A stretch of DNA of 64,000 bases from Chrysomallon squamiferum (lineage: Eukaryota; Animalia; Mollusca), in the NCBI GenBank assembly GCA_012295275.1, contig CM022665.1:38750001-38814000 (forward strand). The letters are read 5' to 3'. This document shows, piece by piece, positions 29,829 to 42,934 of the stretch. Below the pieces are notes generated by a model. It made no database searches. It saw only the letters and a list, made by a program, of their open reading frames with translations, and was not told the origin of the DNA. The stretch's first letter is position 1; the number at the start of each line of letters is the position of its first letter. A program made the position numbers and the translations under genes.

Positions 29829-30421
29829 CATTCCAGTTCCACCACTTCTGATTTTGTTAGTGCAGCTCAGCTTTTACTTTTCTACTCTGAAAAGGAAAAT
29901 ATCTTTTAGTCCTTAGTTTAGGGAATTAATGTGGTGAAATGCGTGTTGCCTGGCACTGTAGCTTATTATTTGACTCTGCATAGGACACAGAATCCTTTTG
30001 TAAACAAAGTGATCTACTGTTATACAAAACTAGCAAAAATTTTTATATCAGTGTTCCCAGAATTCCTTTTCCGGTCTTGTTCTGGCTGAATGAGGTATAC
30101 ATGTTGTTAATTAATAACAAAGATAATGCTTAGACGCTCATTAACTCTGCCTATCGGATACCGTGTTGCATCTATGAAGAGCTTTCCTCTCTTATCATTC
30201 CGATACAAAACTTATCTTGTTAAGTAAAAAGGATAACATTTTGACTGAATTAACTTCAAGAATGAAAAATAATTAATAAATAAATAAAATGAGAAGCTTT
30301 GTGAATGATATTTAAACCATTATTTACGATTCTCGATCTGAGGTAAAATAATGTGAAATTATAATGAGTGTTCTTACATTTCATATTCTTGATATTGTTA
30401 TCGCAATTGTAGTTGTCGTTG

Positions 30422-30459
<38 letters not shown>

Positions 30460-31344
30460 CATTATTATTATTATTATTATTATTATATTGTTGTTGTTGT
30501 TGCTGGTGCTGCTGTTGTTGTTATTGTGGGTTTTTTGTAGCAACAGCAGTGTTGGTAAAAGTCAACATTGTGGTTTTATTAATAGCAAAATAAGTAGCCG
30601 TAGATATAACAGTATTTCATAACCTAAATACTAAATCGCACGCTTTATTTTCACAGACATTATGATCCTTTGGTAATCGCATTTCTTAAAGTGGAGACAA
30701 AAATGTCCCTATTAGGAGAAAGAAAGACGTATACAAAGGGATTTGTATTGGTTTTCGGCTCCACGTCGAATATTCGCGAGATTAGGAATTCTCTGTGTTT
30801 TAAAACAGTTTGAACAAACTGAAGATTAGTAAACGTTTAACGCATGAAACACAGGATAATAAATTATCTAGTTTGCCCGTGTGCGAATCACGAAACCCGT
30901 GTTATAATATGTGTTAATATTTTAAAAACGAATGTAACTCATAAACAAACATCCCGAGACCTCTTCTGGAAGAAAAATACCAAAATCCCCGTTTCACCAC
31001 CCCAGACGAAATGGAAGTAAAAGAACAACAAATGCGGGGAGGGGGTGAAACACACAAAAAGCACAGTGAACATAACAACAGCTGATGCAAGACGAATGAT
31101 AAAGGATACGTATTGCTCAAGTAATGATTAGTAGAAAAATTAATAAACAAACAAACATACATAGTAGATATTATGGTATCTTCATTATATTACACTTAAA
31201 AAGATGCTAGAAAAATGAGTCATACTGACCACTATATATATATAGAAAATATGTAAAACAAAGAAATTTAAAAACATTAATTTCAAGGTCTCCTTTTTCA
31301 TATTTTTTAATATTTTTGTGACTATTTACTTTTATACATGCATA

Positions 31345-31495
31345 AATATACATACATACATACATACATACATACATACATACATACATACATACATACA
31401 TACATTCATTCATACATACATACACACATACATACACGCATGCACATATATATGCATACCCACATATAAACATATATACATACGTACATACACTC
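31345..31495. repeat. Imperfect (ACAT)n microsatellite
   Basis: Tetranucleotide periodicity. Confidence 0.93.
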
Positions 31496-32073
31496 TCAAC
31501 AGCAGTAATGATACAGTTTTAAAACAAAATAATAACTTTCAGCAATAATGTCTTTTGCGTTAGTTATGTGTCTTTGGGCCTTCCACTTTTATAACACAAT
31601 TTAGGTATCCGTATTAAATAGTAAAATACTAGTAAAAATCCGAAACGTCAAATTGATTTGTTTGTTTTCATCGATAATCTCGAGGGTTTAAGATATACCA
31701 GTGTACACAATTGTAATTTCGTGTCAATAATTCTAATCGAAAAACGTTTACCTTTCATAACCCGTAAGGGCCAGATTCTTAAATCTCGAGACGACGAGGT
31801 TACGGCGCGAGATTACCGCGGAATGCCGCCTATCAGTTCAAACGAGCCGCAGAAAACGCCCAGACGACACGTGTACAACGTAATGCCATGTTATTTCACG
31901 TTCAAGTGCGTTGGTGTTAAACTTTTACCTCGCTGTGTGAAATGTTTTGGCTTATTTTATCTTGTTTGGCTTTTTGCTGGGCACAAATATGCCAATATTG
32001 AGAACAGTTTGTTGTAGCCGCGAAACCGCCATTATTCCTACACCATTTGTTGCGTAGCAATATAGAATGTCTG

Positions 32074-32118
<45 letters not shown>

Positions 32119-32542
32119 AGTTTATGGTTAGAACGTGAAATAAAGATTTGTTTTCGATATAAGCTATCGACCTTAAGACTAGATCATAACGAGATCGCGA
32201 CCAGGGACCGGCTGCAGTCCTGTGCTAAATGGAATGGTTAAATCTACTTCATGCTTTCGTATCTAATTAATCGTTTAAAATATTAATATGGCTTGATGTC
32301 GAGAAAAAAACGTCCATCATTCTACACTGGATTGGTAGTTCTCGTTTACAGACGATCAGAAAATGAAAATCAACGAAAAGAAATTATGGTCAGCTGATGA
32401 CGGTTTTATATTAATCTTTGTTTAGTTTGTTAAAAACTTGCATTCAAATATTAATTTACAGACGTAGATTTAGGTGCGGGTAGGAATACCTGAGGAGATG
32501 CGTTTTCTTAATGACTGGGTCTAACACTGACTTAGAAACAAT

Positions 32543-32815
32543 CACACATACATACACACACACACACATACATACATACATACATACATACATACATACA
32601 TACACACACACATACATACATACATACATACATACATACATACATACAAACATATATACATACGTACATACATGCATGCATGCATACATACATACACACA
32701 CATACACAAAGATGTGCACCCATGCACACATAACGCACATACATTCAGATATAAATACATGCGCACATACATTCAGAATTAAATACATGAACACACACAC
32801 ACACACACACATACA
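32543..32815. repeat. Imperfect (ACAT)n/(AC)n microsatellite
   Basis: Tetra/dinucleotide periodicity. Confidence 0.93.
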
Positions 32816-33759
32816 AGAAAACTCATACAAATACAGTCATAAGTATTCGTACATACCACCACGCATAGAGTTTAATTAATTGTCCTGTCTTTCAAAATGC
32901 TATAACAAATTAATTCCTGACCAGAACGACAGAGAAATTTTTATTACGATGCAAACCATTTTAATGGAGGTGCATAACCTACATATCTCACACACGGCAG
33001 TAGAAAACAAAACTTCTTTGAAATATATCCCATGATCATGCTCTCGAAAACGACAACATGTAAAATACTGTTTTATTGCTTTAGTGTTTGCTCTGCAGAC
33101 TCATGTTTGCCTGTCGTAAAATACTGTCAACAGTCTCATACTGGTCTTAATTTATGACACGACCAAGGGAACCATCAATTAAGTCTTATATCAGACGTGT
33201 TGTCCAAACCGGGGCGTTCGTCTTTGCCACGCAAGCAAACAGCGCTGGGGTAGCGTGCTGGGGTAGGTAAAACATTGGAGCAACATTCCACTTGATCCAT
33301 CTCTTACCTAGATAGTTCGATCAAAGCTTGGCTTGTGTATCCACTGATAGCAGGTACAATATATTAGCAGGCAGTGAAAATGACTTAGAGATTTTCAGCC
33401 CTTGAACTGGAGTGGTCCGGCTGATAACACGTACAAAGATATGAACAGAATGAAGATCTTGCAATAAACAGTTTAGATATTGTTCGCAGATATTGTAGAT
33501 ACAGGAATTAAAGTGACAGTTTTTTTTCTGAAAAATAAAACTGTAATTTTATTTGTACTATACTGTAACTCATCTTGCTTAATTTTGTAATCTTCCATGA
33601 AAGGTTCTTAACATTTTTTTTTTTTTTTTGATGAACAAAGCAAAATGATTTTTAATTTGTTAACTTCAAAATTTAACTGGTTTTGATGCACTTATTATAT
33701 GGGTTTGAATAAGATAACTTGTGATGATATAACTTCGATATTGTTAAGTTGTTAATTAG

Positions 33760-34135
33760 TCTTGATACCAGTGTCGATATTTGTCTTGATACTAAACTGT
33801 TGGGGTTGTTTCGACGTTGATGTCACTTGTCGAAACTGTCTTTATCAAGGTGATTTATTGAATCTTGCTGTTGATGTCTGTTGTTGATGATGCATTCATA
33901 CTGATGTCTGTTGAGAAGCTGTCTTGATGTTAGATGTTGATGATGTCTTGATGTTGATGTCAGTTGTTGAAGTTGACTTTATCTTGATGAAATTATTTGA
34001 AGACGTTGTGATAACATTTAGTTGTTGATATGTTTTTTCTGTTTATACTGTGCTGATATAAATGCAGTTGATAATTAATATTCATATTCAGCCTTGATGC
34101 TAATGTCACTTGTTGAAGACGTAACAATGGGGTCA
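33760..34135. repeat. Degenerate ~30-bp minisatellite (gttgatgtca.ttgttgaag…)
   Basis: Recurrent units such as gttgatgtcacttgtcgaaactgtctttatc, gttgatgtcagttgttgaagttgactttatc and gctaatgtcacttgttgaagacg; strongly G/T-skewed. Confidence 0.7.
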
Positions 34136-35071
34136 GATGGTGATATGGTTTTATTACTGGTTCATACTTTCTAATAATAATATAGTTTTAATTAATTTTG
34201 ATTTTGACGTTGGTGACATTGGTAACTTTGCCTACATATTATTGTAATATGAAGTACGTTTTGTTATTTACCAGAAAAGTTTGATATTGTAATTGCTATT
34301 AAAACGAATAATCAGTGACAATTTTAATAATATTTTTAATTCAGCATCGTCAAGCTGCCCTTTCACTTAAAACAGTAGCACTGCGGTCTTCTTTTGATTA
34401 ATTATTGTTCTTATTGCTTTTTTTTTTTTTTATAAGACTTTAATGGTTTATTGTTATTTTTTAAACCAAATTTCTATGAATGCTTGCATTGTCTTTATTC
34501 TCTCTGACTATGAATGTCTTTATTAACTGGTCTTGATCTTCGGCACTAATGTTTGTCAATTTGTCTTTCAGAATTGCTGTTACGAAATCTTACCATAACA
34601 TGCCCTGCGGTTGTTTCTCTTTCATTCATTCATATACTTATCTTTGTTTGGAACCCAGTGGTCGACGTACTCTGTTTTGCGCCGAGGTATCGTTAAGCAT
34701 TCACTGATTCATTCATTCGGTTTCTTTCCTCACTAAAAATGAATTATATATTTAGAACGTTTGACTTCACATTACACGCTTGATGATAACATTCGACTCC
34801 AAAACTAATTTTGTATGCAGTTCTATGGGCGTTGTCCCTGAAGAAAATCTATTGCATAAGCATTATTACCATTCACTGAACCCCAAAACATATGAAGGAT
34901 ATAATCATAAAAAATGCAGTTTCTTTTCAAGCGTATTTAGAAGATGTTCGAGCACACACATACACACACGGACACACTTAGACGTACAAGGATATAATAT
35001 TTTTCTCTTTTTGTTTATATATCTGTACCTCTGTGCTTAATGCACTTCTTTCAATAATACTCTCCTTCCTC

Positions 35072-35074
<3 letters not shown>

Positions 35075-35160
<86 letters not shown>
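35075..35160. repeat. (CT)n microsatellite
   Basis: Pure dinucleotide run. Confidence 0.98.
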
Positions 35161-35164
<4 letters not shown>

Positions 35165-37203
35165 GTCTATCTGGGTTTTTTTATGTTTTATATCACCTTC
35201 CACTTGCCAACGTTTCTTTTCTCCGTTTGTTTTTGTTACTCCGTATAATTCTCACCTGTGTTTATCATACCTCAAAAAAAAAAAAAAAAAACTGATGATG
35301 TGATCGAATTATATATACATGTATATCGATAATCTGATTAGATCTCTTGATTATTTGCACAAAAAAAAAAAAAAAAAGACTGTCGCCTGTCTTTACTATT
35401 ATCATATTTTCTTGGTGTAGGTCGACAAGATAGATAAATAAAAATCTTTGTTGCCGAGATAGCAAGCCTTAAACGATTTGCAATAGGGGTCAATGTGTGC
35501 AATCTTCGCTTGTGAAAAGACTTTTACAACTGTGTAAGAGAGTGTTTGAAAGTAGCTGTTGCACACCGGTGCTGTTTTTATCCTTCACAGAGAAAGAGAG
35601 AGTGAGTTGTCAGCTTTATCACTGAGGAAAGTGTAAACTCGAGTGCACTCCTCAATAGGGTGACCGTATGGATACGAAACTGCTTGAGAAATGTTTCAAT
35701 GAATCTGTGTGTGTAAATATTAAGTAAGTATATAACATTTTGAATGTACGTATAAAGGAAGAGAGCGTTTATAACGAGATGTGTGAACTGTGTGAGTTGA
35801 AGTTAAAATTTAATATGTTAAATATATTGATATCTCTGGCACTTCTGTTCCACGACCCTTTAACCCTTCCTTCCATCTTTCTTTATCTTCATGTTATTAG
35901 TTTTACCACTTGTACTACTACTAGTCCTGCTGCTGCTGCATCTCTATACCCGTTTCTTTTACAGATTTGTAATTTGTAGCTAAATTAAGAAGTTTCTTTA
36001 TATATTCCACTCTTCACATAACTTGTATATATACACATTATATACAAACGTTTCTGTCTATCCATCTATCTATCTATCGCTCTCTTTCTCTTTCTTTTTC
36101 TCATACGCACCCACCCGTACACACACAATCTACCATAACATACCCTCCTTCATTCTTTCTTATCTGTCGATTTAAAAAAATAAAACTGACATCCTGTTGC
36201 TATCATTTTATTATCACTTAATATTCAGACCGCTTCTCAAATCGCAATAAAAATTATACTGACATAAACGAACGACTCTAGCTTTTTATCAGATAAAAAA
36301 ATACAATCGTCATTCACTCTAAGAATTTAAAACTTAAACGAATGAAAAAAAAAAAAAAAAAAAAAAAAAGAAGAATGTTTATTTGCTGTGAAATATGTCC
36401 TTTTAGGACTGCCCGACCAACCCTTTTACAGCTGAATGTCAAAAGACCAAATTGCACCAGGATAGTGATAGCCAAAACGCATTTTATATGCTTTCTCCGC
36501 TAGCGATAAATTTGTGTGTACTTTCTTAATGGAAGAGTTCGGTTCTTTGTTGAAATCAACACGGCGGGTTTTAAAAACTGGCCTGCCTGTTGCGCCAGAT
36601 TTCCCTTTAGGGCAGACAGATTTTTATCTTTGGTCTGATATTTTTGATTTTTTTCGCTCTCTCTCTCTCTGTCACTCTGTCTTCCAGACTTCAACAGCGC
36701 ACGCTCACGTTACCTGTTGTCGCCAAAATGTGCCGCATGTGTAGGTGATGTGTACACACACTGTGGCCGGCGTTTAAGCATGACTTTATCATCAGTTAGT
36801 CAAAAAAAAAAAAAAAAATTTTTTTTTTTTTTTTGGTCATCTTAACCACTCACGAAAAGTTGTCATCAACACTATGCAAACACGTCATTGAGTCGCTGGT
36901 AAGCCAATACCCTAACAGCCGATTATAACCGTGGTCGTAAAGTGATAGTCTTCGTGAATAAATTTGCGACGGTTGGTATGAATGATGCGGCCTATAAAAT
37001 GGTCGGCTGAAAAGTGGTTTAGAATTGTTTTAAGAACGTCGTCTCTCGCGTAGTTAGAAGTAATTTGCGTAGTGTGATGACAGCTGGAACCATCTTGTGG
37101 AAACTCCCCCAGAGAGTTAATCAATGGTATGAGCAGATAGGTTTTTTTTTTTAAAAATTCAGAAATGTAAAAGGTTTCTTAAGTTTCTGTTTTGTTTTTT
37201 TTC

Positions 37204-37206
<3 letters not shown>

Positions 37207-37249
<43 letters not shown>

Positions 37250-37260
37250 TACTACTACTG

Positions 37261-37314
<54 letters not shown>

Positions 37315-37455
37315 ATAATAATAATAAAAATAATAATAATAATAATAACAATATGACCATCGTCTTCATCATCATTTGTATTCTTTTTGTTGTTACTGAT
37401 TTGACTACCACTATTCTTATTACTGCTGCTACTACTACTGCTACTACTACTACCA
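37207..37455. repeat. Compound trinucleotide microsatellite (TAT)n/(TAC)n/(TAA)n
   Basis: 3-bp periodicity. Confidence 0.93.
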
Positions 37456-37643
37456 CGTTTATTTGTCTCATAAATTACGTCTTTTTATTTTAAACTGTTA
37501 CATGATATTATAGGTATAAGGTAAAAAAACAAACAAAAACAAACAAAAACAAAACAAAAAAAAAACAACAAAAAAACAACAATACTAGCATACCATGACA
37601 CCATTATTAAGGGTATTTTTCATTGGGAACTATAATTTTGTAT

Positions 37644-37678
<35 letters not shown>

Positions 37679-37904
37679 TTTTTGGTCAGTTTCATCCTGT
37701 TATCAAAGACAACAGTGTATGCTTTCTTATCTTTTGGAAGGTTCATTTTGTATATTAAAGTAATTTATTGGCTTTTTAAAAATATTTTATAAAAATTACA
37801 ATCGAAAGACAATAAATGCAGTCCTATTTTCTTATTTTATCGTAATAATTTTAATACGAATTTTTCTTTACATACAAACACACACACATACACACACACA
37901 CACT

Positions 37905-37936
<32 letters not shown>

Positions 37937-38614
37937 ATACAACTAAATAATCTTCCATTATCTGTTAATAATTTTTTTTGGTATCACAAATGTTTTTAAT
38001 AACAATAAAAAAATAGTAACATTACTAATGTTAAGTTTTTATAATTTATTATTTCACTTAAAGCGATTAAAATTTGAAATTAACAAAGGATGGGGAAAAA
38101 ATATGTATCAGCAAAAAAACAGAAAAAAAAAAAAAAAAAAAATGTAAAAAGACTAAGACAAATATAAAATAAATGCTGAAAAAAAATTAATAAAATCAAA
38201 ATCATATGTTTTAGCCACGCATGCTTTATTTCGATGATAAATAATTCGGATTTAGTAATAATGAAAATTTTAGATTTTTTTTTTTTTTTTTTAATTTCTT
38301 CAGCTTAATTTTTATATTTAGTTGTTGTTTTTTTTCCCGTTTAATTGAGCATTAGCCTAAAATGGTAATATGAAATATTCAAGCAGATACCACTTTACTA
38401 TGGCTTTTAGAATATAAAAAAATTAAAAAATTAAAAAAAATAAAATAAATAAAAAAATAAAATAAAATAATACTAATAATAATAATAAAAATTAAAATTA
38501 AAATAAAAAAAAAAAAAAAACTGAATACTACTAATAATAATAATTGTATATAAAGATAGAGGAATTACATTTTATTTTATTAATGTTTTGGATGGTTCAA
38601 GGTTTGTATTATTT

Positions 38615-38648
38615 TTCTTCTGCTTCTTTTTCTTCTTCTTCTTATTAT

Positions 38649-38686
<38 letters not shown>

Positions 38687-38707
38687 TTAATAGTAATACT
38701 ACTTCCT

Positions 38708-38776
<69 letters not shown>

Positions 38777-39127
38777 TGCTACTATTACTGTTATTAATGT
38801 TCTTGTCGTTGTTGTTATTGCTTTTTTTTCTTAAATACAATATTTAATATTAAAAATAATGTTGATAATGATGATCACACACACACACAAAAAATAAAAA
38901 AAATAATAATAGTAACGAAAATAATAATAGCGGTAGCAGCATCAGTAGCAATAGCAATGGTAATAATAATTGTAATAATGATAGTAGTAGTAGTAGTAGT
39001 TGCTGTTGTTGTTTTTGTTGTAGTAATAATAGTTGTAATAGTGATAGTACTAGTAGTAGTAATGATAGTAGCAGTACTAGTTGTTGCAGTAGTAGTAGTA
39101 GTAGTAGTAGTGGTAGTAGCAGTAGAA
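38615..39127. repeat. Compound trinucleotide microsatellite field (TAC)n/(TAT)n/(TAG)n
   Basis: 3-bp periodicity over ~500 bp. Confidence 0.92.
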
Positions 39128-39984
39128 ATAAATTCTGCAACTCTTGACAGATAATTCGATCTGTTCTCAAATTTGACGTCGGCTTTTGATAGAGGGAGAT
39201 GATAATGATGTTAAAAATTATTTTACACTGAATCCCATATAATTTAACTGAATTCTTTCATTTGAATATTTAAATTACCAAAAGCTATTAGATCCTTTTT
39301 TTTTTAATTCAAAATTTTAAAACAATTTTAATTATTAGAATGATATTATTTTAGACTGGTGAATTTTGGCTGCTTGAGTAATTCTATTGTATAAAAAAGT
39401 GGTATAATTATGCGTATTATATTCATATCGTAGAGTATGATGACCAGTATAACGTATTTATAAGTGCAGTGAGAAATAGAAAAATATTCTTATTAAATAT
39501 AAGCCTTTTAAAATTAAATTCCTTGATTTCAGGCAAGAGAGTTCAAGATGTCCTCATTGGTTATTCTCTTTAGGTTAGTAGGTTAAGTGTTAACAGGTCG
39601 ACAGGGTTTTTTTTCGTATATTTGTACAACCATACTTTTATATTTATTTCCTATATACCCTAAGGTTTTACGTCAAATTGTAAAGGAAAGAAAATTGGTA
39701 TTTGTTTAGCTACACTTCAGTAAATGTCGTCGAGGATTAGGTTTTAGAAAAAAAAAAAAAAAAAAATCCCTCATCCACATTATCAGCATTATAGTGGTGG
39801 TGGTATAGTTGTTGTTGTCGTCGCCGTTAATATATTTTCACTTAGATATGGTATCTCCAGAGTAACTTGTTTAATTATCATAATTTCGAGGGCATGAAAA
39901 GTACAACGTCATCAACAACAACAACAACAGCAAAAAGAACCCTAACTGCAACGAGATAATTCCCAAAAACTTCTCTCCCTGTCT

Positions 39985-40571
39985 TATTTGATCAATGACA
40001 TGTCTATTTATCCATTACGAAAGAAAATATTTGTTTATACAGATATACATACTAACTTCAAAATCCATGTTAAGCTTATGAAAATACTGTTTAATTATTC
40101 TAATTTGAAGGGCGTATGGTTGAAATGTGATATAATCTCAACATCCCGACCAAGGCATGTTGATCGATGGTATGTCCATACATTTATGACTTCCAAACCA
40201 GATAGAAAATGTTTCTCTGCACGTCCAAACTGATTTTTTAAAACTATTTTTGCTGGCTATGACGTAAAATAGACAACAGTGTGATAGTTCAAACAATGGA
40301 TTTTGAAAAGAGGTATAATCCGTATAATTACCAAAAATATTTTGGGCGATGTCTTTATAAAATATATATAAAAATATAAAAAATAATAATAATAATAATA
40401 ATAATACCTTCATGAAACTATCCAGAATGACTTTACAAGTTAACTAGCTAGAACAGGAAATCGCGCAGTAATACACCGAGGCATTTTGATTGATCGTTTG
40501 TCCATATGACCACCAAGACAGCCAGAAAATATTTGTTTGCACAGATATCCACACTGACTTTAGCAAACCAT
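39985..40571 (+). repeat. Three degenerate direct copies of a ~100-bp module upstream of Nkx2.2
   Basis: Copy A core 40022-40068 (agaaaatatttgtttatacagatatacatactaactt), copy B 40149-40247 and copy C 40475-40571 (…agaaaatatttgtttgcacagatatccacactgactt…) align by eye. Confidence 0.85.
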
Positions 40572-41589
40572 CTACGTCCTCTGTCTCGACAGTTAAATGA
40601 CATTCCACGACCATCCTTGCTGCCAAGTGACAGAGCCGAGAGTTCTGTTCGCATAATCCAGTGTCACTTATCTAATGTCAATATATTTTCAGATATCCTT
40701 TTCTTTAAATAAAAAAAAAAAGAAGAAGAAGTAAAAAGATGTTAGTATATATATATATATATAATATACATATATACACTCAAGACCATTTTGCAACCCT
40801 TATGAACCACCACGTTCCTCAAAATCTATCATTCTGAAAGAATTCATCTCTTAGCAAGCAGTGATGATGGTTTCGGTGTTTCATGCATCATTTCTGAAGC
40901 CACTGCTAAGGGTCAGAGTGTTTGTCTAAAGTCTCGCGGTCGTTTGAGTGGGTTTGACTGAGATCAAGCATTCTACATACATCTGTGATAGGCGACCTGG
41001 GAAATATATCTCCTTACTAACAAGGGGATATTAATCGGGAACAAGCTAGAGTCAAACAGAAGGAAATTGAGGAAGAAGTGCGCTCTCTAGATCAAGTTTT
41101 AAGAGCAGGCGATAAGTGTTTGTCCGTCTCATTTATGGCAGAGATCTTGCGTGTTGAAATTAGTTAAGTCGACTTTCTTCGGCTCTTTACGCGCTACAGC
41201 GCCTCCGTGTCCGCGGATTAATCGATTATCTTCCGGAATAAATGCGGAAAGTGAAGCTATCACATGTACGATTTAATATTTCATTTTTTTTTTTTTTTTT
41301 TTAACGTTTACACTGTTAAATAATTCATTCGTGTCATTTCATCTGGTTTGTGATAATCGCATGTTTCAATTTGTTGTGTAAAATTTCTTTATTTACCGTC
41401 ATTTCACATTATTACGAGCTTTGATTGAACCTCTACTTTTTTATTTTTTTTTTGTTGGAGAATTTAATAAGGTCGAGTTCTAAAAAGAAATTACCAAGAA
41501 GACAAATAAACTAGCCTATCTAACAAAATGAGAGAAAATTGGGCTTTATTTATCAACCTCTCGTATCGTAGTAATTCATTTCCTCAAAC

Positions 41590-41830
41590 TGTCACAAACC
41601 GAACACACCTGATCAGCCATCAATCATCGTGAAAAGGGTGGGACGCGTCTCGGAGATTAGACCAATCGCTTTCCAGTTTTTTGATCGAACAAATTTCTGC
41701 TTGAGCACTCTGTTAGGCGTATGACCGCGCCCCGCCCCTTCCGTCAGTGGACGTGGCCTATCGGACGCTTATTTCACGCCACAATATTATAATCGTCACA
41801 AAGAGGGCACAATAGATTTCAATACACCTT
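41590..41830 (+). promoter_or_regulatory. Putative proximal/core promoter of Nkx2.2
   Basis: CpG-rich patch 160-400 bp upstream of the ATG. Contains ATCAATCA (Pbx-type TGATTGAT on the - strand, ~41619-41626), CCAAT at 41662-41666, GC box GCCCCGCCCC at 41729-41738, TATA-like TTATAAT at 41787-41793 and Sox-like ACAAAG/ACAATAG. The TSS cannot be determined from sequence. Confidence 0.6.
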
Positions 41831-41987
41831 TTATGTAACGAAGGCGCTGTGTGTGAGAGTGTCACATTGGGGTGGTTTTTGAGAGAAAAAAAAAAAAAAA
41901 AAAAAGAAAATTAAAATTAGGAAAAAAAAAAAAATCGTACGAGCCCTCCTGTATTTAACTTAGCGGAAAATTGATCTGTATTGGCAG

Positions 41988-42234
41988 ATGGATGTTGGAC
42001 TGGCCATGAATAGCACCAAAACTTCAAGCAGCTTTTCCGTCAAGGATTTACTGGATCTGCCAGAAGCCAAAGTCGCCAAAGCAAGCCCGAGGGACGGGGA
42101 GGGACTCGATCTGAGCACCACCGTCAGCGCTGCCGTTCACGGCATGGCCCCGGTGACGCCGTACTTCGACAACAGCGACAACCCGTACACCCGCTGGCTT
42201 CAGACTAACGAAACGGCGCACTACAACACACACA
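41988..42234 (+). CDS. Nkx2.2: NK2.2/vnd-class homeobox transcription factor, coding exon 1 (TN/eh1 repression motif)
   Basis: ATG at 41988 (a second in-frame Met follows 6 codons later). Encodes TSSSFSVKDLLDL (tinman/eh1 Groucho-binding motif) and FDNSDNPYTRWL, which matches the NK2.2-type DNPYTRWL motif. GC-rich codon usage ends at the canonical donor CACA|GTAAGT (GT at 42235). Length 247 nt = 82 codons + 1 nt (phase 1). Confidence 0.93.
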
Positions 42235-42399
42235 GTAAGTGGTACTTGTTAGAGACAACTTCATTGGATATAAGTAGAGTTGTTGACGTTATCCCACATA
42301 AGTGTATGAGATATCTTCTGTATGAGCCATTTCACATCACAATGAGCAACGAGAGTTAAGAATGTATAACCGTCTTATTGTGAGAAAAAAAAAAATGGC

Positions 42400-42715
42400 T
42401 TGTTAAATAGGTAGCTGTTAAAAATAATTATACACCTTACGTCGCTTATTATGTACTAGATAAAAATGTATAGATTTTTCTTTTTAAATAGATACTTGTT
42501 AAAAATAATACCGTGTACACACCTTATTATTGTCAATACGTCGTTTATTAAACATCTAAATACACTCACTAACTCTTCTCGTTAAACAGATACTTGCTAT
42601 AAATAATATTTTATAATATATATATAATATTATTCTTAGCAAGTATGTGTGTGTATATATATACAACTTATTTCTGAGAAAACGTCGCTTATTAAATATC
42701 TAGATAAAATGTTTC
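42400..42715 (+). repeat. Degenerate ~85-130-bp tandem repeat (3 copies) at the 5' end of the intron
   Basis: Recurrent blocks ttaaa(t/c)ag(a/g)ta(c)ttgttaaaaataat … acgtcg(c/t)ttatta … cta(g/a)ata start near 42403, 42484 and 42582. Confidence 0.75.
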
Positions 42716-42934
42716 TTGTAAAATATATTTTCTGTTCGAAGTTGTGAGATAAATACGAAACCTTTATTTTATTTATTTTGTTATACATCTTGTAGAACGG
42801 GCATATAATATAAATTTAATTTAAAAGAAACCAAAACTAAATTCTGATGATAATAAATGTTTCAGTGAGTTTCTTTCACAACTGAATCGTTTTGAAATAA
42901 AATAAAGTTAATTTATCTATTTATATTGATAAGA

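Noticed and set aside
31658-32017. 119-aa ORF in a CpG-rich island
   Set aside because: Non-ATG start and no recognisable motif; treated as a regulatory island.
36802-36834. A-run immediately followed by a T-run (palindrome)
   Set aside because: Homopolymers are ubiquitous here and the flanks do not extend the symmetry.
38650-39127. Convergent (TAC)n and (TAG)n tracts that could fold back
   Set aside because: Complementarity arises trivially from abundant triplet microsatellites.
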